Below, in pieces: positions 41,175-53,269 of a stretch of DNA of 64,000 nucleotides. A program made the translations under genes and the position numbers. The notes under the pieces are model-generated. The model had not been told where the DNA came from. It saw nothing but the letters and a program-made list of their open reading frames with translations, and did no database searches. The DNA comes from Candidatus Marinacidobacterales bacterium. Its GTDB lineage: Bacteria > Acidobacteriota > Vicinamibacteria > Marinacidobacterales > SMYC01. The stretch spans positions 4,640,001-4,704,000 of the forward strand of contig OZ250169.1 in the NCBI GenBank assembly GCA_965237955.1, in the 5' to 3' direction. The number at the start of each line of letters is the position of its first letter. The first letter of the stretch is position 1.

Positions 41175-42266
41175 ATGAGAAAACTACTTTTACTCTTTGG
41201 ATTAACATTATTGATTTCTTGTGTGGGAGTCAAAGTTCAAGATCGGGATACCAGTTCAAAGGCTATAGCTGAGGTAACTCAAACAACTTCAGAAAGCTCG
41301 GCAAATGAAGATACGGTGGCAGACACTTGGGGACAAATTATCGAGGCTCCACCAGAGACATTCTTTGCAGCAGACTTGTCTGATGATGTGCGTAGCGGTT
41401 TAACCAATACATTGCTTGTAGCAACTTCTGAATGGGGAAACTACGGCCCGCTGGAGTATTGGGTGCTGGGGACGGATCTAAAGGCCGCCCAGGAGCTTAC
41501 TGAACTCTTCTGCGAACGTCGCTCAGAGCTTGGGCAGTGGGAAAAATCTGAATGTTTAAGTCGTCACAGGGACGAGCATGACTTTGAGTCCTATCGGAAG
41601 ATAGGCGCTGATGCCATTGAACGTAGGAAGGCGAGTGGCTCCATGGGCTGGAATGGTAATCGAGAATGGGGTATTCATTTTTATACCTCTTCGTATCCTC
41701 TCGGCTTTGATAGACTTTTTGGTTCAAGTCCAGGAGGGGAGCAAAAAGGCGTATTTCATGAGTACTTTCACGCAGTACAGCAAGCTCACATTTTTGCTCA
41801 AGATAATGATGAAAGGAAAGCACTCTCGGGACTCGTATGGTTTATAGAAGGTGGAGCTGACTACATGGCGCAAACTGCTACCAGAAAGTTGTGGGCTTCA
41901 GGTAAGTTGACCACGATCGACAATAGTAGTTTAAGCTCCCTCGAACAGACCTTTGAAAACAAAATGAAGAAGGGTAAGAAGACGATCGAAAAGAACTGCC
42001 CTGGGGTCAAGTTACATGAACTTACTTACGACAATGATTGTTCGGGTGCGGCCTATGATTTGGGTGCCTGGGCAATGGGTTATCTGCTAAACAAGGTAGG
42101 CCAGGAAGCGCTACTAGACACCTTCTATCCCAGTCTCAACGAACTTGGGTGGGAGGGAGCGTTCCAAAAAACCTTCGGGATGTCATCGGAGGATTTCTCC
42201 GCCGAATTTAACCTCTTCTTGGAAAAACCTCTTGCCGATCAATTGGCCATACTTCCCAAAATATGA
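41175..42266 (+). CDS. Lipoprotein with HExxH zincin-like motif (low GC)
   Basis: 'MRKLLLLFGLTLLISC' lipobox-like signal; 'HEYFH...WFIEGGADY'. Confidence 0.75.
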   Translation: MRKLLLLFGLTLLISCVGVKVQDRDTSSKAIAEVTQTTSESSANEDTVADTWGQIIEAPPETFFAADLSDDVRSGLTNTLLVATSEWGNYGPLEYWVLGTDLKAAQELTELFCERRSELGQWEKSECLSRHRDEHDFESYRKIGADAIERRKASGSMGWNGNREWGIHFYTSSYPLGFDRLFGSSPGGEQKGVFHEYFHAVQQAHIFAQDNDERKALSGLVWFIEGGADYMAQTATRKLWASGKLTTIDNSSLSSLEQTFENKMKKGKKTIEKNCPGVKLHELTYDNDCSGAAYDLGAWAMGYLLNKVGQEALLDTFYPSLNELGWEGAFQKTFGMSSEDFSAEFNLFLEKPLADQLAILPKI

Positions 42267-42349
42267 CTAGAAAAGATGCTGCTAGCCTACCAGCATATCG
42301 AAGGAGTCTGTAAGCGAGTACCGGGAGTTCGTCCAACTTCGGCTGCGTA

Positions 42350-42548
42350 AGCGGGTACTGGAGGCGATCGAGGTCGTGCTCGAGGAAGAAGTCAACCAAG
42401 CGCTGGGGTGTGGTAGCTACGAGCGTGCGGAAGACCGCCGTGGATATCGCAACGGAGCCGAAACCCGTCGCGTGACGACGTCGGTGGGAACTCGCGAGCT
42501 CCGGGTGCCACGAGCCCGCGTGCGAGACGAGGAAACGGGAGAAACGAT
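42350..42548 (+). mobile_element. IS256-family transposase N-terminal fragment
   Basis: 'LEEEVNQALG..YER...GYRNG...TSVG..ELRVPR', cut by IS5. Confidence 0.75.
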
Positions 42549-43634
42549 GCCTTGGTGCACAACTCCGATAGAGGCCGAGAGCTCGCTTGGCCCCGACTCC
42601 CATCATCCGATCATCTCGCTATCAGGCATCCCGAGCGCCGTCATCGTGTTGAGAATCTTGCACCCGATCCTTGCCTCGACTCTCTGTGCCGCCAACCCTC
42701 TCGCTCGCATCGCTGAGCCCACGATAGCCTTGTAGCGATGGAACGTTGTCTCGACTTTGCTCCGTTTGCTGTAGCCCGATTCTGTGTGCCACTTTCGTTT
42801 GCCGAGCCGAGCTTGTGCTGCAATGTTGCGATTGCGCTGTCGGCTGCTCGCCGGCCCCGATGCGAGCTGGGCGCCCTTGCGCGGCGGTATCAGCACCCTC
42901 GGCGAGCAATGAGCGCTGTGATTCTCGATTGCCTCATAGACGCCGCCGGCGTCGTATGCGGTGTCAGCTCTGGCCGATGAGATGGGACTGTCGATCTGTC
43001 CGACAAGCGATGCAACCCGCGATGAATCGCGGGCTCTTTTGCTCGTCAGCTCGCCGGCGACGACTTCGCCACTCTGCTCGTCGACACACAGATGGAGCTT
43101 GCGATAGTCCCTGCTCTTTGGTGCTCTGCGCAGCTGGCCGGCGTGGACAGCGAGACCGCTGCTGTCGATCAAGATGTGCAACGGCGTCTTCTGCTTGTCT
43201 TGGTAAGAAGGGGACCTTACCCAGCTTCGCCTTGCGCCTCGAGATCGTGGTGTGATCGGGCACATCATTGTCTAGCTTCATCAGAGCGAACAACGATCGC
43301 AGCAATCCCTCGCTCTGCCTAGATGACAGATGAAACACCATGCCCAGGGTGACAGCCGTCTCGATGGCGTGGTTCGAGTACTTGCGTTGACGGCCCGGTT
43401 TCCTCCTCCTTGGCCGGGGCGCGTCCCAGTTCACAAGCTTGCCGGCGGTGAGCGAGATCCAGACGGTCAGGCTCCCACGGTTGCGTAGACCCGCCTCATA
43501 TTCACGCCAATTCCTCACGCGATAGGCCTTCTTCACATACTTCCGCTGAGTGCGTTTGAAAATGCTCATGGGGAACCTCGAATCCGTGAGTAAAGGACAA
43601 TTGTGGCCCGAGATCGCGAGTTGTGCACCAAGGC
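42549..43634 (-). mobile_element. IS5-family (IS903-like) element, transposase frameshifted near 43205
   Basis: Perfect 17-bp IRs GCCTTGGTGCACAACTC; 'YRVRNWREYEAGLRNRGSLTVW', 'PDHTTISRR', 'IDSSGL', 'YSKRSKVET'. Confidence 0.9.
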
Positions 43635-43635
43635 A

Positions 43636-44933
43636 CACATACACCGGCAAATCACATGGCCGAGAGACCCGAAGAGCCCCCCGGATGTCTTCCCCGTCAC
43701 GGGGTCAAAAAGGCCGATGGTCTGGTCAGGGTTGTTGGGAGTGTCGTCAATAAACTCCTTCCACTGCCGGTTGTACTTGACGTCCAGAATGGTGTCATCG
43801 CCAAACAGATGCGTGAAATTGAAATTCAAGATCTGCTGGTTCCGGTGGTGGCTGTTCCAGGTCTCCGGGCTGTCGGCGTTACCAAAACCCACACGGAACG
43901 GATAAACATCTAGGTCCCGAGTTGTCAACGAGCCGTGAAGCCGGGTGGCCGCGGCCAACTGAGCCGTGACCTTGACGAAGGTATGGGTCTGATTGATCTC
44001 GAATGGCTGGGTGGGGAAGAAGGGTTCTTGCAGCTCGTGGTTCAGCCGACGGATATTGCCGAAGAACCAGATAGTATCTCGCTTGATCGGTCCCCCAAAC
44101 GTTCCGCCTATGTCCTGGTCCTTGACCACACTCGATCCGACCCCGATTTGCTTCTCGAGCTCGGGCGTGAGGTTGTCCCACTCCGTGCCTTCGCCCTGGT
44201 AGTAAATGTACGCTCCACCGGTGAAGTCGTTCCCTCCTGACTTGGTCACGAAGTTGAAAACCCCACCGGGGGCCATGCCAAACTCCGCCGTTTGACCCGA
44301 GGTCGTGACCTGGACTTCCTCGATCATGTCGATCGGGATTTCCGTCAAGATGTAGCCGACCACGGTGTCATTGGCAACCGCTCCATCGATGGTGTACAGG
44401 TTGGCCCGGGGGTCGCTCCCGTGAACCGTTTGTGCCGGAGCGAAAAGATACTCAGAATCCAGGACGCCCGCCATCGACGTGAGGAGATCGTCATAACTGC
44501 GTCCCAGGGGGGATGTTCTCGAGCCGCTCCTGCTCGAGCGTCCGCATCGCCTGCGCGCTCTTGACATCGAGGAGCGGCGTTTCTCCAATGACGGTCACGC
44601 GCTCCTGCAGTCCGGCCGGGGCCAGTTGCGCATCCACCGCAATGAACTGCCCGGCACGCACGATCACCTCTTCAAAGGTGACGGTTCCAAATCCTCCCAA
44701 CTCCACCACCACGGTATAGTGGCTCGAGGGTGTTAGCCGCTGGACACGGTAGGTACCCTCCATGGTGGTCACTCGAAGTTCGGTCGAAATGTGCTGTGGA
44801 CTCGAGATCGTCACCGTCGCGCCCGGTACCGCAAGCCCCTGCGGATCCGTGACCGTGCCGTAGATGCCTCCCGTGATTTCCTGCGCGAAGGCCGCCCCGC
44901 AGGCCAGCACAAGGGCCAGCGGCACCACCATCA
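43636..44933 (-). pseudogene. Oar-like TonB-dependent receptor, frameshifted and 3'-truncated by IS5
   Basis: 'GTVTDPQGLAVPGATVT', 'AEFG..PGGVFNFVTKSGGN', 'GGPIKRD'; G6 run at ~44507. Confidence 0.8.
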
Positions 44934-44971
44934 AAGCGCGTCGTGGTGGCCCACCTGGAGCAATTGCCTTA

Positions 44972-46897
44972 GGGCCGGCGACAAAATAAGTTCCCGTTTT
45001 CAAGACGGTCGGATGGTGTAGTTCCATTTGGGTAGAGTCTGGTCCTTTGTAACGGAAAGCGCCTGCATCCGCTCGTCAGTGATTTTGACGCCCTTCGGAT
45101 AACGACGCCGGATAAGGTGTGCGCGTACTCGCAAACCGGAAGAGGTGGTGGTCGTGCGGATGTATTTGAGGATGGTTTCGTAGCTGTCGAGAGGCCTGCC
45201 CGCCCAGTTCTTGCTGATCTCGCTGAACAGACGGTGCTCCACTGGATTCCACTTGGATGTACCGGACGGATAGTGGGCTATGGTGATAGCGATGTCGTGG
45301 CGATTGCAAATCCGCGTTTGAAGCCCGTGCTTCCAACCCCGACACCGATAGCCATTGCTGCCCCCGGCGTCTGCCAATATCGCGAGGTCACGGGCTGCAG
45401 GATAGCGTCGCCGTCCTTCCGTTCGCCACCACTTCTCGATGGCATTCACGGCGAAGTCCGGGGTGTTGTACGAGGTACCAATGAACACTGTCCCGCGGTT
45501 CGCGAGCAGATCGTAGACGCCGTAGGGGATTGCGATGCCGTTCGATTCGGAACGGAAGTCATGGTCTTTGACGAGAGTCGGCTCGCGGTTCCAGGCCTGC
45601 CCGCCGTTTTTGAATAATCCCACCAGCTCCCGTTTCTTCGTGTCTACGCTGATGATGGGATGACCAGCTGCGGCAAAACGCTCGCGCAGTTCGGCGATAC
45701 ACGCGAATTGGGTATCGCGATCTTCGGACGTGGCACCGCACAGCTTCTTGTGGTTCACCCGCAACGAGAAGCCGAGCTGTTTGAGCAGTCGACCGACGGT
45801 TTTGCTGCTGACGTTCACACCGAGGCTTCTTAGCTCGCAAGCAATCTTGTCGGTGGTCCGCCGCGTCCATTTCACTCCCGTCATCGGATCGCCCGCGGTG
45901 TCGTGCTTCATGAGTTCTTCGATCTTGGCGATGACTTCTGGCGTTTTTTTTGCACGGCGCGCCGTCCGCCACCCTTTCGCCGAACTCCGTCGAGCTCAAC
46001 ATCTCTCATTAGTAATTCCCTACGACCTCTGGCTACCGTGCTCGGATCCATCCCGAGCAGTTCGGCAATCTGTTGGTCGCCACCGTGACCGAGCTTCATG
46101 GCCTCGACTCCCGCGTAGAGACGGCGCTGCTTTTCATCGAGCAGGCTGTAGAAAAGAACGATCGCAGCCTTCAACTCCACGGGGAGCACGCGGACTCCCC
46201 CGACCCAGCCCAACGTGGAAGGTGACGCCTCATGTACCTGGCGGGCCGAGAGCTGTTGCTTGCGCGTGCTCACATCGGTGGCCAGATACAGATATCGGCC
46301 GAACACCTGCTCGCGCGCCAATCTTTTCTCTCGGACCAGTTTCAACAGAGGAGCCTTGACGTCAACCTGCACCTCGTCCTCGAGCTCGTCGACGTAGTAG
46401 CCTGCCTCACAGGCCGCGACCAACGCTTTTACCGTCGCAAGCAACGTCCCGTACTTCGAGAACCACACTGAGCGCAACGACCAAAGACCTTTTCGATCGA
46501 ACTGGGCGATCTCGTCCAACGTGTAGTAGCTACCACGGTGGGAGTAGCTTGTCCGATACGCCAACTCATTGAGCTTTCGGAAGACGGTCGAGTCCACATC
46601 GGTACCCAACACTGCCTTCAAATCATCGAGGGTAGCTATTTTGTGCTTCCTCAACAGGCGGTCGAGATCTTCAGACTGATAGCTCGTAGGTCTCATAATA
46701 GGAGAAGTGCTCCTTGATAGGCGTAATCCTCCCTAAAATGAGGACCGTTCGTCAAACACGCGCTGGTTGCTGAAGATCTACAAATGTTCCGTTTCTAGGG
46801 AGCTTGCCAGGCTCTCGTGATGCCAGACGACATCGCGATCACGACCTGAAACAGGAAGAGTGTGCTCAAAACCAGACAGTTATTTTGTCGGCGGCCC
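44972..46897 (-). mobile_element. ISAzo13-family element (two ORFs, 45908..46696 and 45000..~45950)
   Basis: IRs GGGCCG(G/C)CGACAAAATAA; 'ISVDTKKRE', 'ADAGGSN', 'SKWNPVEHRLFS'; A8 run at the ORF overlap; TA on both flanks. Confidence 0.9.
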
Positions 46898-49458
46898 TAA
46901 GTGCGGACGTTGAATAAGCCGTACAACGCGGCGATGCTGAAGAGCACGTTCGGGGCCCACGCCGCCATGAACGGCGGCAGCATTGCCGTTTCACCCATGA
47001 ACGCGAAGATACGCGTGGTCACGTAGTAGGAAAGACCGATCGCGATCGCGATGCCGATCCCGTAGAGGGCACCCTTCTTCCCTGGTGCGAACGAGAACGG
47101 CACGCCGATGAGCACCGTGACCATCGCTGCGAGCGGGAACGAGAACTTGGCTTGCCGGGCCACTTCGAGCGGAACCACGTCGTAGCCGGCCTGCTTGAGA
47201 TCCTCTACATAGCGAGTCAGCTCGAGGTAGGTCATCTGATTGGAGCGTTTTTGCTCCTTGACGAAATAGGACGGGGGCTCCATGTCGTGCACCGGAAGCG
47301 CCTCGAAGCGCTCGATCTGCCGACCTTCGGCGAAGTTGCGCTTCCACCCTTTGCTGAACACCCACGCGCCGATGTCGGACTCCCACTTCGCCTCCTCGGT
47401 GTAAAACCGCTCGGTGATCTCGAAGGGATTCGTAGCGTATTTGTAGACGGCGAGCCCGCTGAACTTCCGTGAGTTGGGATCGTAGTAGGCGTAGTTGTAG
47501 AGCTCCTGGCTCTCTCCCATCATCCACTTGCGGTTCAAAACGTTGTGCGTTTGGACCGGACGCTTTTTGATCTCGTCCCGAAGCTCGGCGGCGCGCCGGT
47601 TGGCGTAGGGAAGGAGGTATTCCTGAAGCGCGAAACAGCCCGCGCTCACGACCACACCCATGAGGACCACGGGCACCGCGAGTCGATAGAGGCTGATGCC
47701 GCCGGCCTTCGCTGCTGTCAGCTCACTCGTCTTCGTCAAAATCGCGAAGCAAACCAGCGTCGCCATGAGCGTTGCGAGCGGGAGCATATGAAATAAGATC
47801 TGCGGCTGGGCGAACGCGAGGTACTCGAGAACGACTTTCCCTTGAATGTTGTGCTCGAACGCGTCCGCGATCACATCGATGAGGAGCCCGAGCATGTACA
47901 CGCTCACGAGCGCCGCGAGGATGAGAAGAAAAAAGCGGGTGAACTCCCGGCTGATGTAGCGGTCGAGCGTGTTGGGAAAGCGCAGGCTCATACGGAGCAA
48001 GATCACGAAGCAAACCAACGTTGCCACGAGCGTTGCGAGCGGGAGCATGTGAAAGAAGATCTGCAGTAGGGCGAACGCGAAGTTAACGAGAACGACTTTC
48101 CCTTGAAAGTTGTTCTTGAACGCGTCCGCGATCACATAGATGAGGAGCCCGCTCACGAGCGCGGCGAGGATGAGAAGAAAAAAGCGGGTGAACTCCCGGG
48201 TAATGTAGCGGTCGAGCGTGTTGGGAAAGCGCAGGCTCATGCGAGGGATGCGGAGCAGGATCACGGTGCGGCTCCGGGGGTGCTGTGAGCTCTTTCGCAA
48301 CGAACGGAGCTTCGAACCGAGCAGGGGCCACAATGTGTCGACGCCGAACAAACCTCGCTGGGATTCGCGGGCGGCGCGAACCAGAAGTGCTATCGCCCCT
48401 GCACCAAGGACGATGTTCGGAGTCCACATACCCCAAAACGGCGACAAGCGTTCGCCGATTGCCATGTTCTCGCCAACATCGATGAGGACGTAGTAAATGA
48501 AAATGACGGCGAGGCTCATGACGAAGCCCCAGGAGCGGCCGTCGCGCCGGTTGCGAATCCCGAGAGCGAGTCCTAAAACTCCGAACACGAAGCACGCGAA
48601 TGGGATGGAAAACTTCTTGTGGATCTCGGTCAAGTAGACGGGAAGCTCGGTCTCCCGATAGGACGTACGAAGCTCGGCAAGGCTGAGCTCGCGCGCGCCT
48701 CGCGGCACGTTGATGTCTTCGGGCGGAAAGAACGTTTCCGTCGGAAGCGGCAGGAAGATCTCCTTCGATAGCTGGCGTTGATACTCCGCGGGCCGGCGGT
48801 GCGAGACTTGATGGAGCTCCGCGTCCCGCAAGTAAAACATGACCGTCCGCGCCTCCGGGTCGATGAGGAGCCGTCCCTGGTCGGCGAACGTCACCCGCGG
48901 GGATTGGGGCTCGGACAAATCAGCAAGAATGACGTTTTCCCAATAGTCCGAGTCTGTCGGTGTATCGAGAACGAGGAACATCAGATTCGGGAAGAGGCGA
49001 TCGTAGAACACCCGCGGTCGTACTTCCGTCCCGGCGTGAGACGTCAACACCTTGAAGAACAGCTGGCGCACCCGCTGATTCGAGTCCGGTAAAACGTTGA
49101 TGATGAGGTAGGAGGTCGCGCCCCACGCGAGGGTGGCGGCGACGAGGATTGGTGTGAGCAAGCGATAGAGGCTCACGCCGCTCGCGCGCATCGCGATGAT
49201 CTCGCTATCGGCGGCGAGGCGCCCGAGCGCTATCAGGACGCCCAGCAGAAACCCCATCGGGATCGTCAGGCACAGGACACTGGGCAACAAGTTCAACAGG
49301 ATGCCGAGCGTGTCCGAGAGCGACGCGGACTGGGTGACCAGGCGCTGCGCGAAACGCAAGATCTCGTTCAGGAGAATGACGAACGTGAAGACGCAGATTC
49401 CGAGGATGAAGCTCGGGATGATTTCCCTGAAGACGTAGCGGTCGAGGATCCGCATCAT
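46897..49458 (-). CDS. lptF/lptG: Fused LPS export permease LptF-LptG with internal ~83-aa duplication
   Basis: Two LptF/G units ('LDRY..RE', 'DSEIIAMRASGVS', 'SELTAAKAGGIS'). Confidence 0.88.
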   Translation of the reverse strand: MMRILDRYVFREIIPSFILGICVFTFVILLNEILRFAQRLVTQSASLSDTLGILLNLLPSVLCLTIPMGFLLGVLIALGRLAADSEIIAMRASGVSLYRLLTPILVAATLAWGATSYLIINVLPDSNQRVRQLFFKVLTSHAGTEVRPRVFYDRLFPNLMFLVLDTPTDSDYWENVILADLSEPQSPRVTFADQGRLLIDPEARTVMFYLRDAELHQVSHRRPAEYQRQLSKEIFLPLPTETFFPPEDINVPRGARELSLAELRTSYRETELPVYLTEIHKKFSIPFACFVFGVLGLALGIRNRRDGRSWGFVMSLAVIFIYYVLIDVGENMAIGERLSPFWGMWTPNIVLGAGAIALLVRAARESQRGLFGVDTLWPLLGSKLRSLRKSSQHPRSRTVILLRIPRMSLRFPNTLDRYITREFTRFFLLILAALVSGLLIYVIADAFKNNFQGKVVLVNFAFALLQIFFHMLPLATLVATLVCFVILLRMSLRFPNTLDRYISREFTRFFLLILAALVSVYMLGLLIDVIADAFEHNIQGKVVLEYLAFAQPQILFHMLPLATLMATLVCFAILTKTSELTAAKAGGISLYRLAVPVVLMGVVVSAGCFALQEYLLPYANRRAAELRDEIKKRPVQTHNVLNRKWMMGESQELYNYAYYDPNSRKFSGLAVYKYATNPFEITERFYTEEAKWESDIGAWVFSKGWKRNFAEGRQIERFEALPVHDMEPPSYFVKEQKRSNQMTYLELTRYVEDLKQAGYDVVPLEVARQAKFSFPLAAMVTVLIGVPFSFAPGKKGALYGIGIAIAIGLSYYVTTRIFAFMGETAMLPPFMAAWAPNVLFSIAALYGLFNVRT

Positions 49459-49498
49459 GGTAGCTTCACGTGCAACTTAACATAGCGCATCGGCAAAG

Positions 49499-49558
49499 CG
49501 CCAAGATATTGGAGCCTCATTTTGGGGTAACCCTTTGAATATCTACTATATCTGGTAG
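49499..49558. promoter_or_regulatory. Two NrdR-box-like palindromes between the divergent lptFG and smc
   Basis: cgcCaAgATaTtGgag (49499..49514) and ctaCtAtATcTgGtag (49543..49558). Confidence 0.45.
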
Positions 49559-49615
49559 TTTTTGCCTTGGCTCGCCTTCTGGCCGTGTGCTAGGATTAAT
49601 TTTTCCGGGGTCAAC

Positions 49616-52600
49616 ATGAAACTCGAGCGGGTCGACATCAGTGGGTTCAAGAGCTTCGGTGAGAAGGCGGAGCTGACGTTTCACGAGGGCGTGACTGCCG
49701 TCGTGGGTCCGAACGGGTGCGGTAAGAGCAACATCGCCGACGCCATCGGGTGGGTCCTGGGCGAGCAGAGCGCTAAATCGTTGCGCGGTCAGAAGATGGA
49801 AGATCTCATTTTCAACGGCAGCGAGTCCCGCCCTCCTCTCTCTCTAGCCGAAGTAAATCTTCGGGTATCGAATGTCATCGTCCCGGGGCGCCAGAATAGA
49901 GACAAATCGAATGCCCCCAAAGGCGAAGTCCTGGTCACGCGCCGGCTGAACCGTGCCGGCGATAGCGAGTATTTGCTCGACGGCGTCGTAAGCCGGCTCC
50001 GGGACGTTCAGGATCTCTTCATGGGGACGGGTGTGGGCTCGAAAGCGTACGCGATCATCGAGCAGGGCACAATCGGGCTCATTCTTTCGAGCAAGCCCAC
50101 CGATCGCCGTATGATCATCGAAGAGGCGGCCGGGATCACGAAATACAAGTCCAGGCGCCGTTCGGCCGAGCTCAAGCTGACGGCGGCGCAGCAGAACCTT
50201 TTCCGCGTCAACGACATCGTCTACGAAATCACTCGTCAGATGAACTCGTTGAAACGCCAGGCGGGGAAAGCCCGCCGGTATCGCCGCTTGCGCGACGCCA
50301 GGGATCGGTTGGAGAAAGTGTTCTCGGTGAAGCGCGCCGAGCACCAAGAGCGAACGCTTCGCCACGTGCGCGCTCGACTCGAGGCGGTCTCCGATGAGGA
50401 GTTGCGCCGCTCGACGAGTCTAACCATGGTGGAGGGCCATCTCGAGCGGACTCGACTTCGGCAAGCCGAGCTCGAAGTCGAGCTCACCGATGCGCGTGAG
50501 AGCGTGCACCAACTCGAGCTCACCATCGAGCGCCTCGACCAGACGATCGAGGGCGACCAACAGCAGCTCGTCGAGTTGGACTCGCGTCGCGATCAGCTCG
50601 AAACGGAGATGAACGAGCTCGAAGCGCGGCGGGGGCCCGTGATCGAGCACCTCGAGAGCCGGCAACGAGAAGAAGCGGAGCTTGCCGGTGAGCTCGAAGG
50701 ACGCGAGCAGCAGACACAGAAGCAACAAACACTTTTGAAAGAGGCGAATCTGTCGCTCTCGGAGCTCGAGTCGAGGATCGAAGAGCGTCGCTCCGAAATC
50801 GTACACCGCATCAGCAAGATTGCCGCGCTGAACAACTTCCTCCAGGGTGTGCTCGCGAACGCCGACAAGGTTTCCGCGGAGCTCCTCAAACTCTCCGAAG
50901 AAGTGCGGGAGGCCGATGCGGAGCGTGGTCGAGTCGAAGGCTCGTTCGCGGAGGTGCGGAGCGATCTCGACAGCCTGAAACAAAACGCGGAAACGCTCTT
51001 GGGAGAGCGCACGGAGCTCGACGAGAAAGCCGAGAGCGTCCGTCGGCGGCTCGAAGCGATCGACGAGCGCGTGAGCTCCGACAAAGATGAGCTCGCAGCA
51101 CTCACCGCACGCCTTGCCTCGCTCGAGGAGCTCGTCTCCGCTCGGGCGCATTTTGCCAGCGGCGCCCGGCTCCTTCTGGAGAAGGGCAACGCTCACGGCG
51201 TTCACACGAAGGGGTCGATCGCGGACGCGATCGAAGTCGAAGAGCGTTTCGAGCGCGCGGCGGAAGCGTTTTTTGATACCGCTCTCCAGCGAGTTCGGGT
51301 CGAGAGCGAGGACGACGTCCGCAAGGCTCGCGATCTGCTGCAGGGAGACGAGGAGGCTACCCGTTCGGAGCTTCTCGTCGAATCACTTGCGACGTCGTCC
51401 CGCGTGAAACCATCGGATCTGCCGAAACTACCGTCCCTGCCAACATTGAAAGACACGCTCGAGCGGTTGCGGAGCCTCGGTATCTCGGGACTCATAGGGC
51501 TTCTCAGCGACTACATCCGATGGACCTCGGAACCGCTCACGTCGGCGCTGCCGAACGCCATCGTTGTGGAAAACCTCGAGGTCGCGCTTCGCTGCTACCG
51601 GGACGAACAAGCGTCGTACGTCACTCTCGATGGCGAGGTGGTAAGCCCTCGCGGCGTCGTGGGGCTCGGACCGGGTGGCGCCAGTGAGGGGCTTCTCCAA
51701 ACGAGGCGCGAGATCCGCGAGCTCGAAGGCACGGTGTCTGCCAAGAGAGAGCGCCTCGAAACGTCGACGGGGGAGCGTGGCTCTCTGCAAGAGGAGCTCG
51801 ATAGTTTATGGGCGCGCCTCGAGCAGGTGCGCGACTCCCAACATGCGCTCGACAAGACGCTCGTAGGGCTCGAGCACAGACGTGAACAGCTCGACGAGGA
51901 GTCGGAGCGACTCCGTCGCAAGCACGACGTGTTGGCGAGCGAGCGCGCACGCTCGGAATCGGAGAAGGGCTCGCTCGCGGCCAAACGCACCGAGATGGAA
52001 ACTGCGCTCGAAGTCGAAGAGGGGCAGAAGAACGTCGCGGACACTAGCCTCGAGGCGATGCGAGGAGAGTTGGCGAACCGCCGCACCGGCGTCGAGGAGC
52101 TGCAGGTCAAAGCAGCCGAGGAAGCGTCACGACTCGCGGCGCTCAAGGAACGCCGCGACGCGATTCGCGTCGACGTCGAGCGGTTGAAAGAAGGTGTCGA
52201 AGAGCTGGGCACTCGCCTCGACACCAATGTTTCAGAGCAGCAGGGCCTCACCGATCGCAAAGCGAGCCTCAAGGACGAGATCGCGCGCGCGGAAGACGAG
52301 CTGAAGGCCTCGGTCGCGTCGCGGGCCGCGAAGGAAACGCTCACCCGCGCGCTCGAAGACAGCGTGAACGAGCTTCGGGACCGCGTCGATGTGACCGAAA
52401 ACGCTCTCAAAGCGCGCCGCAAGGAGCTCGAGGATGTCCGCGAGCGACGCTCCGCCGAGGAGGTGGTTCTCGCGAAGGAAGAAAACGACTTTCGACATCT
52501 GAAGGAGGGGTTCGAGACCAGCCACGACATGACGCTCGAAGAAGCAGCGTCGATCCTGAATCCCGTCGAGCTTCTGCGTGACGACGCCGAGACGCGCGAC

Positions 52601-53269
52601 GAGCTCGATGACCTCAAGGAGAAGATCGACGCGATCGGCCCCGTGAATCCCATGGCCGACGAAGAGTACCGCGAGCTCGAGACGCGCCACGAGTTCGTGA
52701 CCAAACAGCGACAGGATCTCCTGGATTCGATCCAGAGCACCGAGACCGCCATCAGCCGTATCGACCGCACCTCCCGGCAGCGGTTCAAGGAAGCGTTCGA
52801 AGCCATCAACCAGGAATTCGCCGTCACGTTCCGTCAGCTCTTCGGCGGCGGAAGCGCGGGACTTCGGCTAATAGACGAACAAGACACTCTCGAAAGCGGT
52901 ATCGACATCATCGCGCAGCCCCCGGGAAAGAAGCTCCAGAACGTTTTGCTTTTGTCCGGCGGCGAGAAGGCGATGACGGCGATTGCGCTCCTGTTCGCTA
53001 TTTTTCGCTACCGGCCCTCTCCGTTTTGCCTCCTCGACGAGGTCGATGCCCCGCTCGACGATGCGAATGTGGGTAGGTTTCTCGCCATGGTCAAAGAGCT
53101 TCGTGATACGACCCAGTTCATCGTCATCACCCACCACCGCAAGACCATGGAAATGGCCGACCACCTCTTCGGGATCACGATGGAAGAGCCGGGTGTCTCG
53201 AAGCTCGTATCGGTGAATTTTGGCGAACCTGAGCCGCTGGCCACCGAGGCGGTAGCGTCGCCTTCTTAG
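49616..53269 (+). CDS. smc: Chromosome segregation protein SMC
   Basis: 'GFKSF', 'GPNGCGKSN', long coiled coils, 'LSGGEK', '[10 protein letters not shown]'. Confidence 0.96.
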   Translation: MKLERVDISGFKSFGEKAELTFHEGVTAVVGPNGCGKSNIADAIGWVLGEQSAKSLRGQKMEDLIFNGSESRPPLSLAEVNLRVSNVIVPGRQNRDKSNAPKGEVLVTRRLNRAGDSEYLLDGVVSRLRDVQDLFMGTGVGSKAYAIIEQGTIGLILSSKPTDRRMIIEEAAGITKYKSRRRSAELKLTAAQQNLFRVNDIVYEITRQMNSLKRQAGKARRYRRLRDARDRLEKVFSVKRAEHQERTLRHVRARLEAVSDEELRRSTSLTMVEGHLERTRLRQAELEVELTDARESVHQLELTIERLDQTIEGDQQQLVELDSRRDQLETEMNELEARRGPVIEHLESRQREEAELAGELEGREQQTQKQQTLLKEANLSLSELESRIEERRSEIVHRISKIAALNNFLQGVLANADKVSAELLKLSEEVREADAERGRVEGSFAEVRSDLDSLKQNAETLLGERTELDEKAESVRRRLEAIDERVSSDKDELAALTARLASLEELVSARAHFASGARLLLEKGNAHGVHTKGSIADAIEVEERFERAAEAFFDTALQRVRVESEDDVRKARDLLQGDEEATRSELLVESLATSSRVKPSDLPKLPSLPTLKDTLERLRSLGISGLIGLLSDYIRWTSEPLTSALPNAIVVENLEVALRCYRDEQASYVTLDGEVVSPRGVVGLGPGGASEGLLQTRREIRELEGTVSAKRERLETSTGERGSLQEELDSLWARLEQVRDSQHALDKTLVGLEHRREQLDEESERLRRKHDVLASERARSESEKGSLAAKRTEMETALEVEEGQKNVADTSLEAMRGELANRRTGVEELQVKAAEEASRLAALKERRDAIRVDVERLKEGVEELGTRLDTNVSEQQGLTDRKASLKDEIARAEDELKASVASRAAKETLTRALEDSVNELRDRVDVTENALKARRKELEDVRERRSAEEVVLAKEENDFRHLKEGFETSHDMTLEEAASILNPVELLRDDAETRDELDDLKEKIDAIGPVNPMADEEYRELETRHEFVTKQRQDLLDSIQSTETAISRIDRTSRQRFKEAFEAINQEFAVTFRQLFGGGSAGLRLIDEQDTLESGIDIIAQPPGKKLQNVLLLSGGEKAMTAIALLFAIFRYRPSPFCLLDEVDAPLDDANVGRFLAMVKELRDTTQFIVITHHRKTMEMADHLFGITMEEPGVSKLVSVNFGEPEPLATEAVASPS

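Noticed and set aside
47741-48240. lptFG duplication as a DGR template/variable repeat
   Set aside because: Differences are not adenine-specific and there is no intact RT nearby.
51595-52827. 410-aa minus-strand ORF inside smc (and similar ORFs inside nusA and infB)
   Set aside because: Ser-rich antisense shadows of conserved housekeeping genes.
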